This document shows positions 24,754-35,924 of a stretch of 64,000 nucleotides of DNA, in pieces (the first letter of the stretch is position 1; each line of letters starts with the position of its first letter). The notes beneath the pieces are model-generated. The model was given only the letters and a program-made list of their open reading frames with translations, was not told the origin of the DNA and did not search any database. A program made the position numbers and the translations under genes. Source of the stretch: Isurus oxyrinchus (lineage: Eukaryota); contig JANJGN010000336.1 of the NCBI GenBank assembly GCA_026770705.1, positions 310,001-374,000 on the forward strand, in the 5' to 3' direction.

Positions 24754-26950
24754 ACAAAAACAGAATTACCTGGAAAAACTCAGCAGGTCCGGCAGCATCG
24801 GCGGAGAAGAAAAGAGTTGACGTTTCGAGTCCTCAAGACCCTTCAACAGAACTTGAGTTCGAGTCCAAGAAAGAGTTGAAATATAAGCTGGTTTAAGGTG
24901 TGTGTGTGGGGGGCGGAGAGATAGAGAGAGAGAGAGAGAGAGGTTGGGGTTGGGGGGGGATGTGGCTGTGTAGACAAACAAGCAGTGATAGAAGCAGATC
25001 ATCCAAAGATGTCAACGACAATGGTACAATAGAACACATAGGTGTTAAAGTTAAAGTTGGTGATATTATCTAAACGAATGTGCTAATTAAGAATGGATGG
25101 TAGGGCACTCAAGGTATAGCTCTAGTGGGGTTTTTTTTATATATAATAGAAATAGGTGGGAAAAGGAAAATCTTTATAATTTATTGGGAAAAAAAGGAAG
25201 GGGGAAACAGAAAGGGTGTGGGGATGGGGGAGTGAGCTCACAACCTAAAGTTGTTGAATTCAATATTCAGTCCGGAAGGCAGTAAGGTGCCCAGTCGGAA
25301 GATGAGCTGTTGTTCCTCCAGTTTGCGTTGGGCTTCACTGGAACAATGCAGCAAGCCAAGGACAGACATGTGGGCAAGAGAGCAGGGTGGAGTGTTAAAA
25401 TGGCAAGCGACAGGGAGGTTTGGGACATTCTTGTGGACAGACCGCAGGTGTTCTGCAAAGCGGTCGCCCAGTTTACGTTTGGTCTCTCCAATGTAGAGGA
25501 GACCACATTGGGAGCAACGAATGCAGTAGACTAAGTTGGGGGAAATGCAAGTGAAATGCTGCTTCACTTGAAAGGAGTGTTTGGGCCCTTGGACGGTGAG
25601 GAGAGAGGAAGTGAAGGGGCAGTTGTTACATCTTTTGCGTGGGCATGGGGTGGTGCCATAGGAGGGGGTTGAAGAGTAGGGGGTGATGGAGGAGTGGACC
25701 AGGGTGTCCCGGAGGGAGTGATCCCTACGGAATGCCGATAAGGGGGGTGAAGGGAAGATGTGTTTGGTGGTGGCATCATGCTGGAGTTGGCGGAAATGGC
25801 GAAGGATGATCCTTTGAATGCGGAGGCTGGTGGGGTGATAAGTGAGGACAAGGGGGACCCTATCATGTTTCTGGGAGGGAGGAGAAGGCGTGAGGGCGGA
25901 TGCGCGGGAGATGGGCCGGACACGGTTGAGGGCCCTGTCAACGACCGTGGGTGGAAAACCTCGGTTAAGGAAGAAGGAGGACATGTCAGAGGAACTGTTT
26001 TTGAATGTAGCATCATCGGAACAGATGCGACGGAGGCGAAGGAACTGGGAGAATGGGATGGAGTCCTTACAGGAAGCGGGGTGTGAGGAGCTGTAGTCGA
26101 GGTAGCTGTGGGAGTCAGTGGGTTTGTAATGGATATTGGTGGACAGTCTATCACCAGAGATCGAGACAGAGAGGTCAAGGAAGGGAAGGGAAGTGTCAGA
26201 GATGGACCACGTGAAAATGATGGAGGGGTGGAGATTGGAAGCAAAATTAATAAATTTTTCCAAGTCCCAATGAGAGCATGAAGCGGCACCGAAGTAATCA
26301 TCGATGTACCGGAGAAAGAGTTGTGGAAGGGGGCCGGAGTAGGACTGGAACAAGGAATGTTCCACATACCCCATAAAGAGACAGACATAGCTGGGGCCCA
26401 TGCGGGTACCCATAGCCACACCTTTTATTTGGAGGAAGTGAGAGGAGTTGAAGGAGAAATTGTTCAACGTGAGAACAAGTTCAGCTAGGCGGGGGAGAGT
26501 AGTGGTGGATGGGGATTGTTCGGGCCTCTGTTCGAGGAAGAAGCTAAGGGCCCTCAGACCATCCTGGTGGGGGATAGAGGTGTAGAGGGATTGGACGTCC
26601 ATGGTGAAGAGGAAGCGGTTGGGGCCATGGAACTGGAAATTGTTGATGTGACGTAAGGTGTCAGAGGAATCACGGATGTAGGTGGGAAGGGACTGGACAA
26701 GGGGAGAGAGAAGGGAATCAAGATAACGAGAGATGAGTTCTGTGGGGCAGGAGCAAGCTGAGACGATCGGTCTACCAGGGCAGTTCTGTTTGTGGATTTT
26801 GGGTAGGAGATAGAAGCGGGCCGTCCGAGGTTGGGCGACTATCAGGTTGGAAGCTGTGGGAGGGAGATCCCCAGAGGAGATGAGGTCAGTGACAGTCCTA
26901 GAAACAATGGCTTGATGTTCAGTGGTGGGGTCATGGTCCAGGGAGAGGTA
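24754..26950 (-). mobile_element. Penelope-like element, left arm (5'-truncated; RT plus GIY-YIG frame open from 26950 to 25238)
   Basis: RT motifs FLFTMDVQSLYT, KGVAMG and YIDDYF; GIY-YIG region LVYCIRCSQCGLLYIGETKRKLGDRFAEH. Confidence 0.95.
24815..24853 (-). ncRNA. Minimal type-I hammerhead-like motif (variant core CUGUUGA)
   Basis: AGTT-CTGTTGA-A-GGGTC-TTGAG-GACTC-GAAACGTC-AACT: stem I, stem II and palindromic ACGU, as in PLE minimal hammerheads; A6 is replaced by U. Confidence 0.6.
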
Positions 26951-28781
26951 CTTTAGCTTCTTCCTCGAACAGAGGCCCGAACAATCCCCATCCACCACTA
27001 CTCTCCTCCGTCTGGCTGAACTTGTTCTCACACTGAACAATTTCTCCTTCAACTCCTCTCACTTCCTCCAAATAAAAGGTGTGGCTATGGGTACCCACAT
27101 GGGCCCCAGCTATGCCTGTCTCTTTATGGGGTATGTGGAACATTCCTTGTTGCAGTCCTACCCCGGCCCCCTTCCACAACTCTTTCTCCGGTACATTGAT
27201 GATTACTTCGGTGCCGCTTCATGCTCTCGTCGGGACTTGGAAAAATTTATTAATTTTGCTTCCAATCTCCACCCCTCCATCATTTTCACGTGGTCCATCT
27301 CTGACACTTCCCTTCCCTTCCTTGACCTCTCTGTCTCAATCTCTGGTGATAGACTGTCCACCAATATCCATTACAAACTCACCGACTCCCACAGCTACCT
27401 CGACTACAGCTCCTCACACCCCGCTTCCTGTAAGGACTCCATCCCATTCTCCCAGTTCCTTCACCTCCGTCGCATCTGTTCCGATGATGCTACCTTCAAA
27501 AACAGTTCCTCTGACATGTCCTCCTTCTTCCTTATCTGAGGTTTTCCACCCATGGTCGTTGACAGGGCCCTCAACCGTGTCCAGCCCATCTCCCGCGCAT
27601 CCGCCCTCACGCCTTCTCCTCCCTCCCAGAAACATGATAGGGTTAGCCTTGTCCTCACTTATCACCCCACCAGCCTCCGCATTCAAAGGATCATCCTCCG
27701 CCATTTCCGCCAACTCCAGCATGATGCCACCACCAAACAGATCTTCCCTTCACCCCCCTTATCGGCATTCCGTAGGGATCACTCCCTCCGGGACACCCTG
27801 GTCCACTCCTCCATCACCCCCTACTCCTCAACCACCTACTATGGCACCACTCCATGCCCACGCAAAAGATGTAACACCTGCCCCTTCACTTCCTCTCTCC
27901 TCACCGTCCAAGGGCCCAAACACTCCTTTCAAGTGAAGCAGTATTTCACTTGCTTTTCCCCCAACTTGGTCTACTGCATTCGTTGCTCTCAATGTGGTCT
28001 CCTCTACATTGGAGAGACCAAACGTAAACTGGGCGACCGCTTTGCAGAACACCTGCGGTCTGTCCGCAAGAATGACCCAAACCTCCCTGTCGCTTGCCAT
28101 TTTAACACTCCACCCTGCTCTCTTGCCCACATGTCTGTCCTTGGCTTGCTGCATTGTTCCAGTGAAGCCCAACGCAAACTGGAGGAACAACAGCTCATCT
28201 TCCGACTGGGCACCTTACTGCCTTCCGGACTGAATATTGAATTCAACAACTTTAGGTTGTGAGCTCACTCCCCCATCACCACCCCCTTTCTGTTTCCCCC
28301 TTCCTTTTTTTCCCAATAAATTATAAAGATTTTCCTTTTCCCACCTATTTCTATTATATAAAAAAAAACCCCACTAGAGCTATACCTTGAGTGCCCTACC
28401 ATCCATTCTTAATTAGCACATTCGTTTAGATAATATCACCAACTTTAACTTTAACACCTATGTGTTCTATTGTACCATTGTCGTTGACATCTTTTGATGA
28501 TCTGCTTCTATCACTGCTTGTTTGTCCACACAGCCACATCCCCCCCCACAACCCCAACCTCTCTCTCTCTCTCTCTATCTCTCCGCCCCCCAACACACAC
28601 ACCTTAAACCAGCTTATATTTCAACTCTTTCTTGGACTCGAACTCAAGTTCTGTCGAAGGGTCATGAGGACTCGAAACGTCAACTCTTTTCTTCTCCGCT
28701 GATGCTGCCGGACCTGCTGAGTTTTTCCAGGTAATTCTGTTTTTGTTTTGGATTTCCAGCATCCGCAGTTTTTTTGTTTTT
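26951..28781 (+). mobile_element. Penelope-like element, right arm (inverted, further 5'-truncated, in-frame TGA at 27537-27539)
   Basis: Reverse complement of 24754-26549 with scattered substitutions (CGA->TGA), plus an extra ~34-nt T-rich 3' terminus. Confidence 0.95.
28647..28685 (+). ncRNA. Minimal type-I hammerhead-like motif (variant core CUGUCGA)
   Basis: AGTT-CTGTCGA-A-GGGTC-ATGAG-GACTC-GAAACGTC-AACT. Confidence 0.6.
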
Positions 28782-29254
28782 ACTTTCACTTTAGACCCTT
28801 CCACATTATTTTCACTGAGCTCTCGCTTAAAGTATTTTACTATCAACCTCTTCTCACCAGCAAATGACTAATTTAATGCACTAACATTTACCTATCTCTG
28901 GGCCAGGATGGCCGATTATCTTCCATGACGGACATCAGTGGGCCAGAGGGGTTTTTATGCTAATTTATTGTAGTTTCATTATCAACATGTTGTCGTTTTC
29001 AGAGGATAAACGTGGATGATGCTTGGCAGCATTTACTCTAAAGATTATGTAACTCTGACCGGTGGATCGACTAGCTTCATTACTTACAGACAATGTTTTA
29101 GCACTTTTATAAAGCATGACCCAGAGTTGATCAATGAGACTATTTGATAGCATGGACAGTTGGTTTTCGGCCAATCACAATTTTGAATTAACTCTCCAAA
29201 TTTGCCAATTCTCAATGATGTTTACAAATAATCAATTATTTCAGCTATCTTGGT

Positions 29255-30065
29255 TAGATAAACAGATAGATAGATAGACAGAGAGTTAAANNNNNNNNNN
29301 NNNNNNNNNNNNNNNNNNNNNNNNNNNNNNNNNNNNNNNNNNNNNNNNNNNNNNNNNNNNNNNNNNNNNNNNNNNNNNNNNNNNNNNNNNNNNNNNNNNN
29401 NNNNNNNNNNNNNNNNNNNNNNNNNNNNNNNNNNNNNNNNNNNNNNNNNNNNNNNNNNNNNNNNNNNNNNNNNNNNNNNNNNNNNNNNNNNNNNNNNNNN
29501 NNNNNNNNNNNNNNNNNNNNNNNNNNNNNNNNNNNNNNNNNNNNNNNNNNNNNNNNNNNNNNNNNTGGATGGATAGAGAGAGAGAGCGATAGAAAAAGAG
29601 CGATAGAGAATGATAGAAGATAGAGACAGACAGATACATAGATAAACAGATCTATAGATACATAGATAGACAGATCTATAGATACATAGAAAGACAGATC
29701 TATAGATACATAGATAGACAGATCTATAGATACATAGATAGACAGATCTATAGATACATAGATAGACAGATCTATAGATACCTAGATAGACAGATCTATA
29801 GATACATAGATAGACAGATCTATAGATACATAGATAGACANNNNNNNNNNNNNNNNNNNNNNNNNNNNNNNNNNNNNNNNNNNNNNNNNNNNNNNNNNNN
29901 NNNNNNNNNNNNNNNNNNNNNNNNNNNNNNNNNNNNNNNNNNNNNNNNNNNNNNNNNNNNNNNNNNNNNNNNNNNNNNNNNNNNNNNNNNNNNNNNNNNN
30001 NNNNNNNNNNNNNNNNNNNNCATCCATCTTTGCATCGATGGATGGAAAATGGATGCATGAATAGA
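29255..30065 (+). repeat. GATA/TAGA-type microsatellite with a 24-bp unit (GATACATAGATAGACAGATCTATA), interrupted by two N-gaps
   Basis: About 8 near-perfect 24-bp units at ~29630-29840. Confidence 0.9.
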
Positions 30066-32262
30066 TAAATGTTCAGAAAAAGGAGTTCCATCTACCCTGC
30101 ACAATCAAACGTTCACAGTTCACAGACTGCACTGATTAGATACAAGAGAGAAGAACATTGAAGTTCCACATAAAACCCACAGCCCTAGTAAGGCCTTGGA
30201 ACAAGAGTAAAATTGCCTCTCTGATAGTTCATCAAATGTCCTTCGGGCAGTTGGAATCAGGTTGTGCATTGAGTTAAGTTAAATTCATATTTTTCCAGCT
30301 CTCATTCCCACCGTAGTTTCCGTTTAACAAGGAGTAAGGCACCATACTGTCTATTTACGTTGCACAAGTTATTTTCAGATTCGATCATATCGCAGAAGGT
30401 AACATTACAGTGACTTCCTGTAACTGTCCTGAAATTAAGCTTTAGATCAGGCCAATCTGATTCAAGTATTATCTGCTATTGAAAATGTTTAATCATCATC
30501 CCTTAATCACAAACTTGGCTTTTTGTTAGAATGAAACGTATGTTAAATTAACGATCTGCTACTTCATTGAAGGAATTGAATCATTTACTTTTACATATCT
30601 AATTCAGAGCACTCACGCCCAATGCGTTTGATACTGATTAAAGTTCCTTGAAAATTGAGAGTGCCAACACTCTCATGTCAGATACAGAACAGGTGAATTA
30701 TACTAAAACTCTCTTTGCACAGTCCTGTGAAGCGCTGTATTTCAGGAATATAAATGGTGGGATGCATTCTAAAACACCCTCTATTCCGCATTGTTAGTTA
30801 AAACTTGCGTTTAGACTGGACCATCAACAAACCACAGGCTCTGATACAGCAAACACTGAACAGGAAAAATATCTTTCTACACTTTGCATTCCTTCTGAAT
30901 TCCACAAACTGGGAAACTGATCTTATTTCTGAGACATATTCTCAAACTTAAGAACAGATTTGCACCTTTCTCGGATATACAAACTTCTTAAATAAATGGT
31001 CCGAAATTAATTCCCTGAATTACAGGAGAATGAACCAGGAAGTTCACAAACAGCCAGAAGGCTCCTGATTCTCGCACAGTGACCACGCACATAGAAACAG
31101 AACGGACATAAACAATGCAAAAATCAGTCTATTAAAGGTAGATTTCTCCAGTATCCATTAATCCGTTTGAATAGATTAAAACGTTTGTAAATTTATGACC
31201 ATGTCACTTCTGTGAAATTATTTTGCTTCTAAATGGAAAAAACTCCATTTGACGGGCCTCAATTTCTCCCTGTCTGTGTACAGCTTTCACAACAGCCTTG
31301 GAGTAAGTTTGGCTGAGAACAGGTACATCAAAATAATTTACATTCATGGTAATTTATGTCTCTAACAGGGACATTGTAACAGAGCAAAAATTTAACAAAT
31401 CGGGAGATATTTACACTGAACTCCTATTATTCACTGACATAATTTCAGAATAATATATAATCATTGAAACTGCTGAGGCAAAGCACGAAGATAATTAATT
31501 AAATTGTAGAGCAATATCCAATGGAGCTAAAGGTAGTTGAGTGAGAAACATGTTGCTTTCCAAGTTAATTGAAAATAATTTTAAAAATTCTCCAACAATG
31601 AGTTTTAACTTTAATCCTGGACCCAGCGCAGCACATTTGAGAGATTTTTTTTGTAATTAATTCGTAGTGATCTTAGACTCTATTTTCATATTGGTGATAT
31701 TTAACTCCATTATGCCAAATTTGTTAATAATTTTATTCTTCTTCTGATTTGTCTCTTGTTAATAATAGGCTTAATTAAATTAAGGTGACACTTCTTAAAT
31801 TAACCAAATCATTCCATAAACTTCTGGACAAATACATTATATTATTTTTAATACATTCATTTGATCAACAATTTATAAGAATGTGCTCTTATATCTACAC
31901 CCGTGTAAGATTTCCATGTTTGTGATTATGTTTGCACGATGTAAAAGCTCTTCTGTTCTAAACGTGTATTTCACATGATATATTTATTAGTTGGCAGCTT
32001 AAAAATGTTCAAGCACTATCCGGGTACTCATATCGGTAATAAAAATTGGAGTGCAACATCCTCTAGTCACTAAAGCAGGACTCCGGAGTTTAAATATCAA
32101 CCCACATTCCAACAGCAGTTTTATTTTTAATAATTAATGTAGCCCTGGCAATTTGGCGCCATTTTCGGAGCCTCCCCTTGATAATAATACAGCCAAACTT
32201 CGATGTATCATTCCCGTAATCCACACAATGCACGTAAATGTGTTTCAAACGTATAATGAAAA

Positions 32263-32452
32263 TAAAATGCTGCGGATGCTGGAAATCTGATATAAAAACG
32301 GAAAATGCTGGCAAAACTCAGCACGTCTGGAAGCATCAGTGGAGAGAGAAACAGAGTTAACATTTCGAATCCATATGACTCTTCTTCAGATCTCTGCTTC
32401 TCCATGGACAGATGCTGCCAGTCCTGCTGAGTATTTGTTCAGCATTTTTTTA
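32263..32452. mobile_element. Older, back-to-back pair of Penelope-like 3' tails
   Basis: Minus arm: ctgaagaagagtcatatggattcgaaatgttaactc...gatttccagcatccgcagc. Plus arm: cagatgctgccagtcctgctgagtattt. Confidence 0.6.
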
Positions 32453-34369
32453 TTTAAATATTTAATGCTACTTATTGAAATTAAGATCCACAATCATCAA
32501 TGCAGAACTGAGAGATAACTATTACTCTGCATCACTGAAATTCAACGAGCAAAAAGAACAACGATTTTAATGAGAATTAAAGGTAGCTCCCATTTAATTC
32601 AACCCGTATATCTCACAGTTTTGCAAGATTGGTAGTTGCTCTTCAATTCAAAAGTTTATAATTAAGCCAACCTGCTTCAATAGCAATGTTTGCCCATCTC
32701 CAGCCATATGTATTCTGAACTTTCTCTGAATTTGAATTGAATTATTGAGCAATTCCTTAACGGCAAACTGTTTAAGATTAGCTTAGTGATAATGGGCTAC
32801 ACCAAAATTGAAGGAACAGGGCCGTTTGGCTGCACAGCAAAGCTTCAGCAACCCGGCAGATATATTAAATTAGCCTGCTGCAATTTACAAAATGCATTTA
32901 ATATTGATAATTAATTAGCACCTTTCAACCTGCGTTAACCAGGGAGGAACCAATTAATTTAAAATCCTTGTTCAAACTAAACGCGGCAGTGCGATCAGTG
33001 TGTATTATAATTTAAAAAAAACACCATGGAAATTGCTGGAACCTCTGCATTTGTCCGGCTGCTATTAATTGTGCTGTGTTTTGCAGCATAGTTGTGGATA
33101 GCACAGATTATCTGCTAAAGGTCTAACAATAATATTTTTTTATTGTTGTAATCTTGGGAAATATTGCCGCATTATAACCGTTTGAGTTATATTCATTTAA
33201 CTCCCCATCACAGTTGAAATTCGCTGGTTATATCCTTTAACATTGCATTATTACCTTAAGTATTAAATAGGAATATCGGAAACAAAATATTAATTTTTGA
33301 ATCTGCAATTAGCACTGAAATAAAAATGCATCAATATATCTATCACAGTTGATTAAAAAGCCTGCCTGCTTTATAACTATAACCTTCCTTCACAATGGTT
33401 TAAGCACATCATCAACACACAGTATGTGATCGAAAATACGCGTTGTAGCTTCACCAAACAGTTCCACGAGCTTTAACTGTTCAAAGTAACCCAGGCACAT
33501 ACTCTCCTCAGCACTTAACACTAAATCACAACACCGAGGGACTGAATCCAATTACCTAATTACCTAAGTCCTTTCAGCAGAATCAGATGCAACATTTCAA
33601 ATCAACCTCAATACATCGCACAGAAATTGCCTTTCATTGAACAAGTCATTTATTAAAATAAACAGAAATATGAAACAATGACAGAAGAATTGTACTTCAA
33701 TGCCTCATATTTAATACATTGTGTTGATTTTCACTGTATACTTTAGTAATATCTGGCGACATTACTGCATTTTAATGTTTCAAGTTGTTTTCATTTAATC
33801 CTGACCCAGGCAGCAAATTTGTTAACCCTGTTGTTCTTAGTTATCGTAGCATTTCACTTATTTAAGATGAACGTTGGTCAGCATTATATTGATATTTTAC
33901 AGCGCAGTTAAACACAAATAAAAATGGTAAACATTTATTTTAAAACCCATAGTTTAAAATGACATTTTTGACCTTGATAGCACTCGGTTTCCTGTCTATA
34001 ATCTTATTTCCAACACTTTTAAACACAATGTTAGTCGATTAGAAAACTTGCAGCAATCAGATGTCACCGAGATGAAACATGGCAGAAACACCAAACTGAT
34101 TAACAAAACTCATGTATTTAAAGTAAGCCAGGCACAAAGCCTCATCAGCAGATAAAAGGCAAATCACTCAAACAAGTCCTTAAAACTCCCAGAGCTTTTT
34201 TTTTTTGCCGAGAAGCAGGAGAATTGTTCAATCCCTTTGAAGCATAATTAAATGAAACATTGTAAACACAGAATGCAAAGTTACGGTTAACAAATAAATG
34301 ACTAAAATAAACAGAAATGTGAAACAATGAAGCAAATCCAAGAGCGCAGAATGAAGGCATGTTTCTTAC

Positions 34370-34417
34370 CTGCAGTCACCGTCACCATGGTTCCTTGGCC
34401 CCAGTAATCCATATAGT
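34370..34417 (-). other. IGHJ: JH segment (YMDYWGQGTMVTVTA)
   Basis: WGQG motif and donor G|GTAAGA; phase 1, compatible with Cmu1. Confidence 0.97.
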
Positions 34418-34456
34418 CACTGTGTTACATTCGCTGATCTGAGTCACACAATAACC
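34418..34456 (+). other. JH 23-RSS
   Basis: Read outward: CACTGTG, 23 nt, ACAATAACC. Confidence 0.92.
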
Positions 34457-34776
34457 AGTTCTGCACACAAGGAGAGAAATTCAATATTAATTTAAATGTT
34501 ACGAACCGAGAGGCAAAGTAAAATCATGATTGACTTTATCAAAAATGTAAAATTGCGAAATATTTTTAAAACTTTATAAATTAAACTGTTTTATTTGTAA
34601 TTCACAGAGTATCTGATGATCATGCATTGAAATCAGCAACCACTGATTTAATAATTAACACTTTAGCACCTCTTGTCAGTGGGGGAGCTCCAGGCACAGA
34701 TAGGAGTTTGTTTAATATCGTTGTATTGTAAAAAAAAAAATGCATCGACTGAAATGCAATCAAATTGCCCCAACGA

Positions 34777-34804
34777 GGTTTTTGCATTAACAGTAACGAA
34801 TGTG
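34777..34804 (-). other. D2 3' 12-RSS (non-consensus heptamer)
   Basis: CACATTC, 12 nt, GCAAAAACC. Confidence 0.8.
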
Positions 34805-34815
34805 CCATCCAGCAT
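34805..34815 (-). other. IGHD: DH2 segment ATGCTGGATGG
   Basis: Flanked by two 12-RSS, as expected for shark IgM D2. Confidence 0.85.
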
Positions 34816-34843
34816 CACTGTGAGACGCACCATGTCAGAAACT
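34816..34843 (+). other. D2 5' 12-RSS
   Basis: CACTGTG, 12 nt, TCAGAAACT. Confidence 0.85.
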
Positions 34844-35151
34844 GCGGCGGACTGTTAAATGTGAAATACAGAGATTCAAATCCACAGCGGTCTGAGAAAC
34901 CTGATTCTGAATACTCTAGGAATACATCACAGTGATATTTCAGTTAGAACTCTTCATTATGTTTATAAAGCGGATCGAAATACGCCTTTAACAACTGTGC
35001 CCCTATTTAGCAAGACAATCAAAATTAGTAAATTCGGAGACTTTTATACATTTTTTCGTAAATCCTTAAAACCCTTATTGTTGGTCATTTTATTTTCTTT
35101 GACTTTCCTGCTGTGATACTGATCGCAGCTTTGATCAAAGTCCCTCTCTGG

Positions 35152-35189
35152 GGTATTTGTATGAGGAGTTCACTATACACAGCACCGTG
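35152..35189 (-). other. D1 3' 22-RSS
   Basis: CACGGTG, 22 nt, ACAAATACC. Confidence 0.9.
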
Positions 35190-35203
35190 ACCCACTGTAG
35201 TAC
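35190..35203 (-). other. IGHD: DH1 segment GTACTACAGTGGGT
   Basis: Has 12/22 RSS; all three frames are open (VLQW, YYSG, TTVG); resembles shark IgM D1 as recalled. Confidence 0.9.
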
Positions 35204-35231
35204 CACAGTGACACGAACCAGCACAGATACT
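35204..35231 (+). other. D1 5' 12-RSS
   Basis: CACAGTG, 12 nt, ACAGATACT. Confidence 0.9.
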
Positions 35232-35584
35232 GCTCTCACTCACTGATTGTTGCTATAAGAAATAAAACCTTTCAGTCAGCAGAAGATTTGCAGATTTTGA
35301 TTACAATTCATTCAAGAGTTTTAATCAGGAGCAGAATCTTGAGCTAAAATTATCCCCATTCACGTAATAATTTGTCAATATTTCAATTTGCTCCTCGTCA
35401 TCAGTTGTGCACATTCTAAGCGGTAACTATGCTCTTTAATATACAGAGTTAGTCAACATTTTGTTTTTATTCTTCGCCACTTTATTGCTTTGGAAAATGT
35501 AACTTTTCAATCGAGGTTCAAACACATCTCTTAACTTATTTTGAGCTAACACTGACCTATGATTCACTGCAATTATTCCTCTGC

Positions 35585-35623
35585 GGTTTCTGTACGAGCT
35601 CTGGGCTTGTTCAGGTCGCTGTG
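35585..35623 (-). other. VH 23-RSS
   Basis: CACAGCG, 23 nt, ACAGAAACC directly after YYCAGG. Confidence 0.95.
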
Positions 35624-35924
35624 GCCTCCTGCACAGTAATACCTCGCGGTGTCTTCGGGTCTCAGATTTTTGATCTCATTGTAAGCTGTGGACGAAGTTC
35701 TTGATGGGATGATTCGACCTTCGACTCCAGGCGCGTAATACGTGGTATCTGAGGGTTTTCTGTAAGCAAGGAGCCACTCAGCCCTTTCCCAGGAACTTGT
35801 TTAACCCAGTTCACATAGTAGCTGTCCAGACTGAACCTGCTCACCGAACAGGACAGTTTGCGAGAATCTCCAGACTTAGCGGTCTCTGAAGCCGGCTGGG
35901 TCAGCACGATGGCGGATTGGACAT
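35624..35924 (-). pseudogene. IGHV: VH exon with 1-nt deletion in FR2 (~35779), IgW-like sequence
   Basis: ctgacag|..VQS AIVLTQPASETAKSGDSRKLSCSVSRFSLDSYYVNWVKQVPGKGL[CTGAGTGG instead of CTGGAGTGG]EWLLAYRKPSDTTYYAPGVEGRIIPSRTSSTAYNEIKNLRPEDTARYYCAGG. Length is 301 nt vs 302 needed to hold frame. Confidence 0.95.

Noticed and set aside
26951-27052. N-terminus of the 604-aa ORF (MKEKLFSVRT...)
   Set aside because: It is the antisense of the right Penelope arm running through the junction, not a real start. The true element 5' end is missing.
25251-28249. Overlapping alternative-frame and antisense ORFs (285 aa etc.) in the Penelope arms
   Set aside because: They are by-products of C-rich codon usage in the RT frame and are duplicated only because the element is duplicated.
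33654-33681. 28-bp near-exact copy of the sequence just downstream of J (34303-34330), suggesting a lost second J
   Set aside because: No WGxG-like coding sequence or RSS adjoins it.
24426-34369. Tetrapod-type switch region or octamer-containing intronic enhancer
   Set aside because: I saw no AGCT-dense tandem repeat and no perfect octamer or clustered E-boxes by eye; a motif scan would be needed.
34883-34934. Extra heptamers CACAGCG (34883) and CACAGTG (34928) as a third D segment
   Set aside because: There is no acceptable nonamer at 12 or 22/23 spacing and no opposing RSS.
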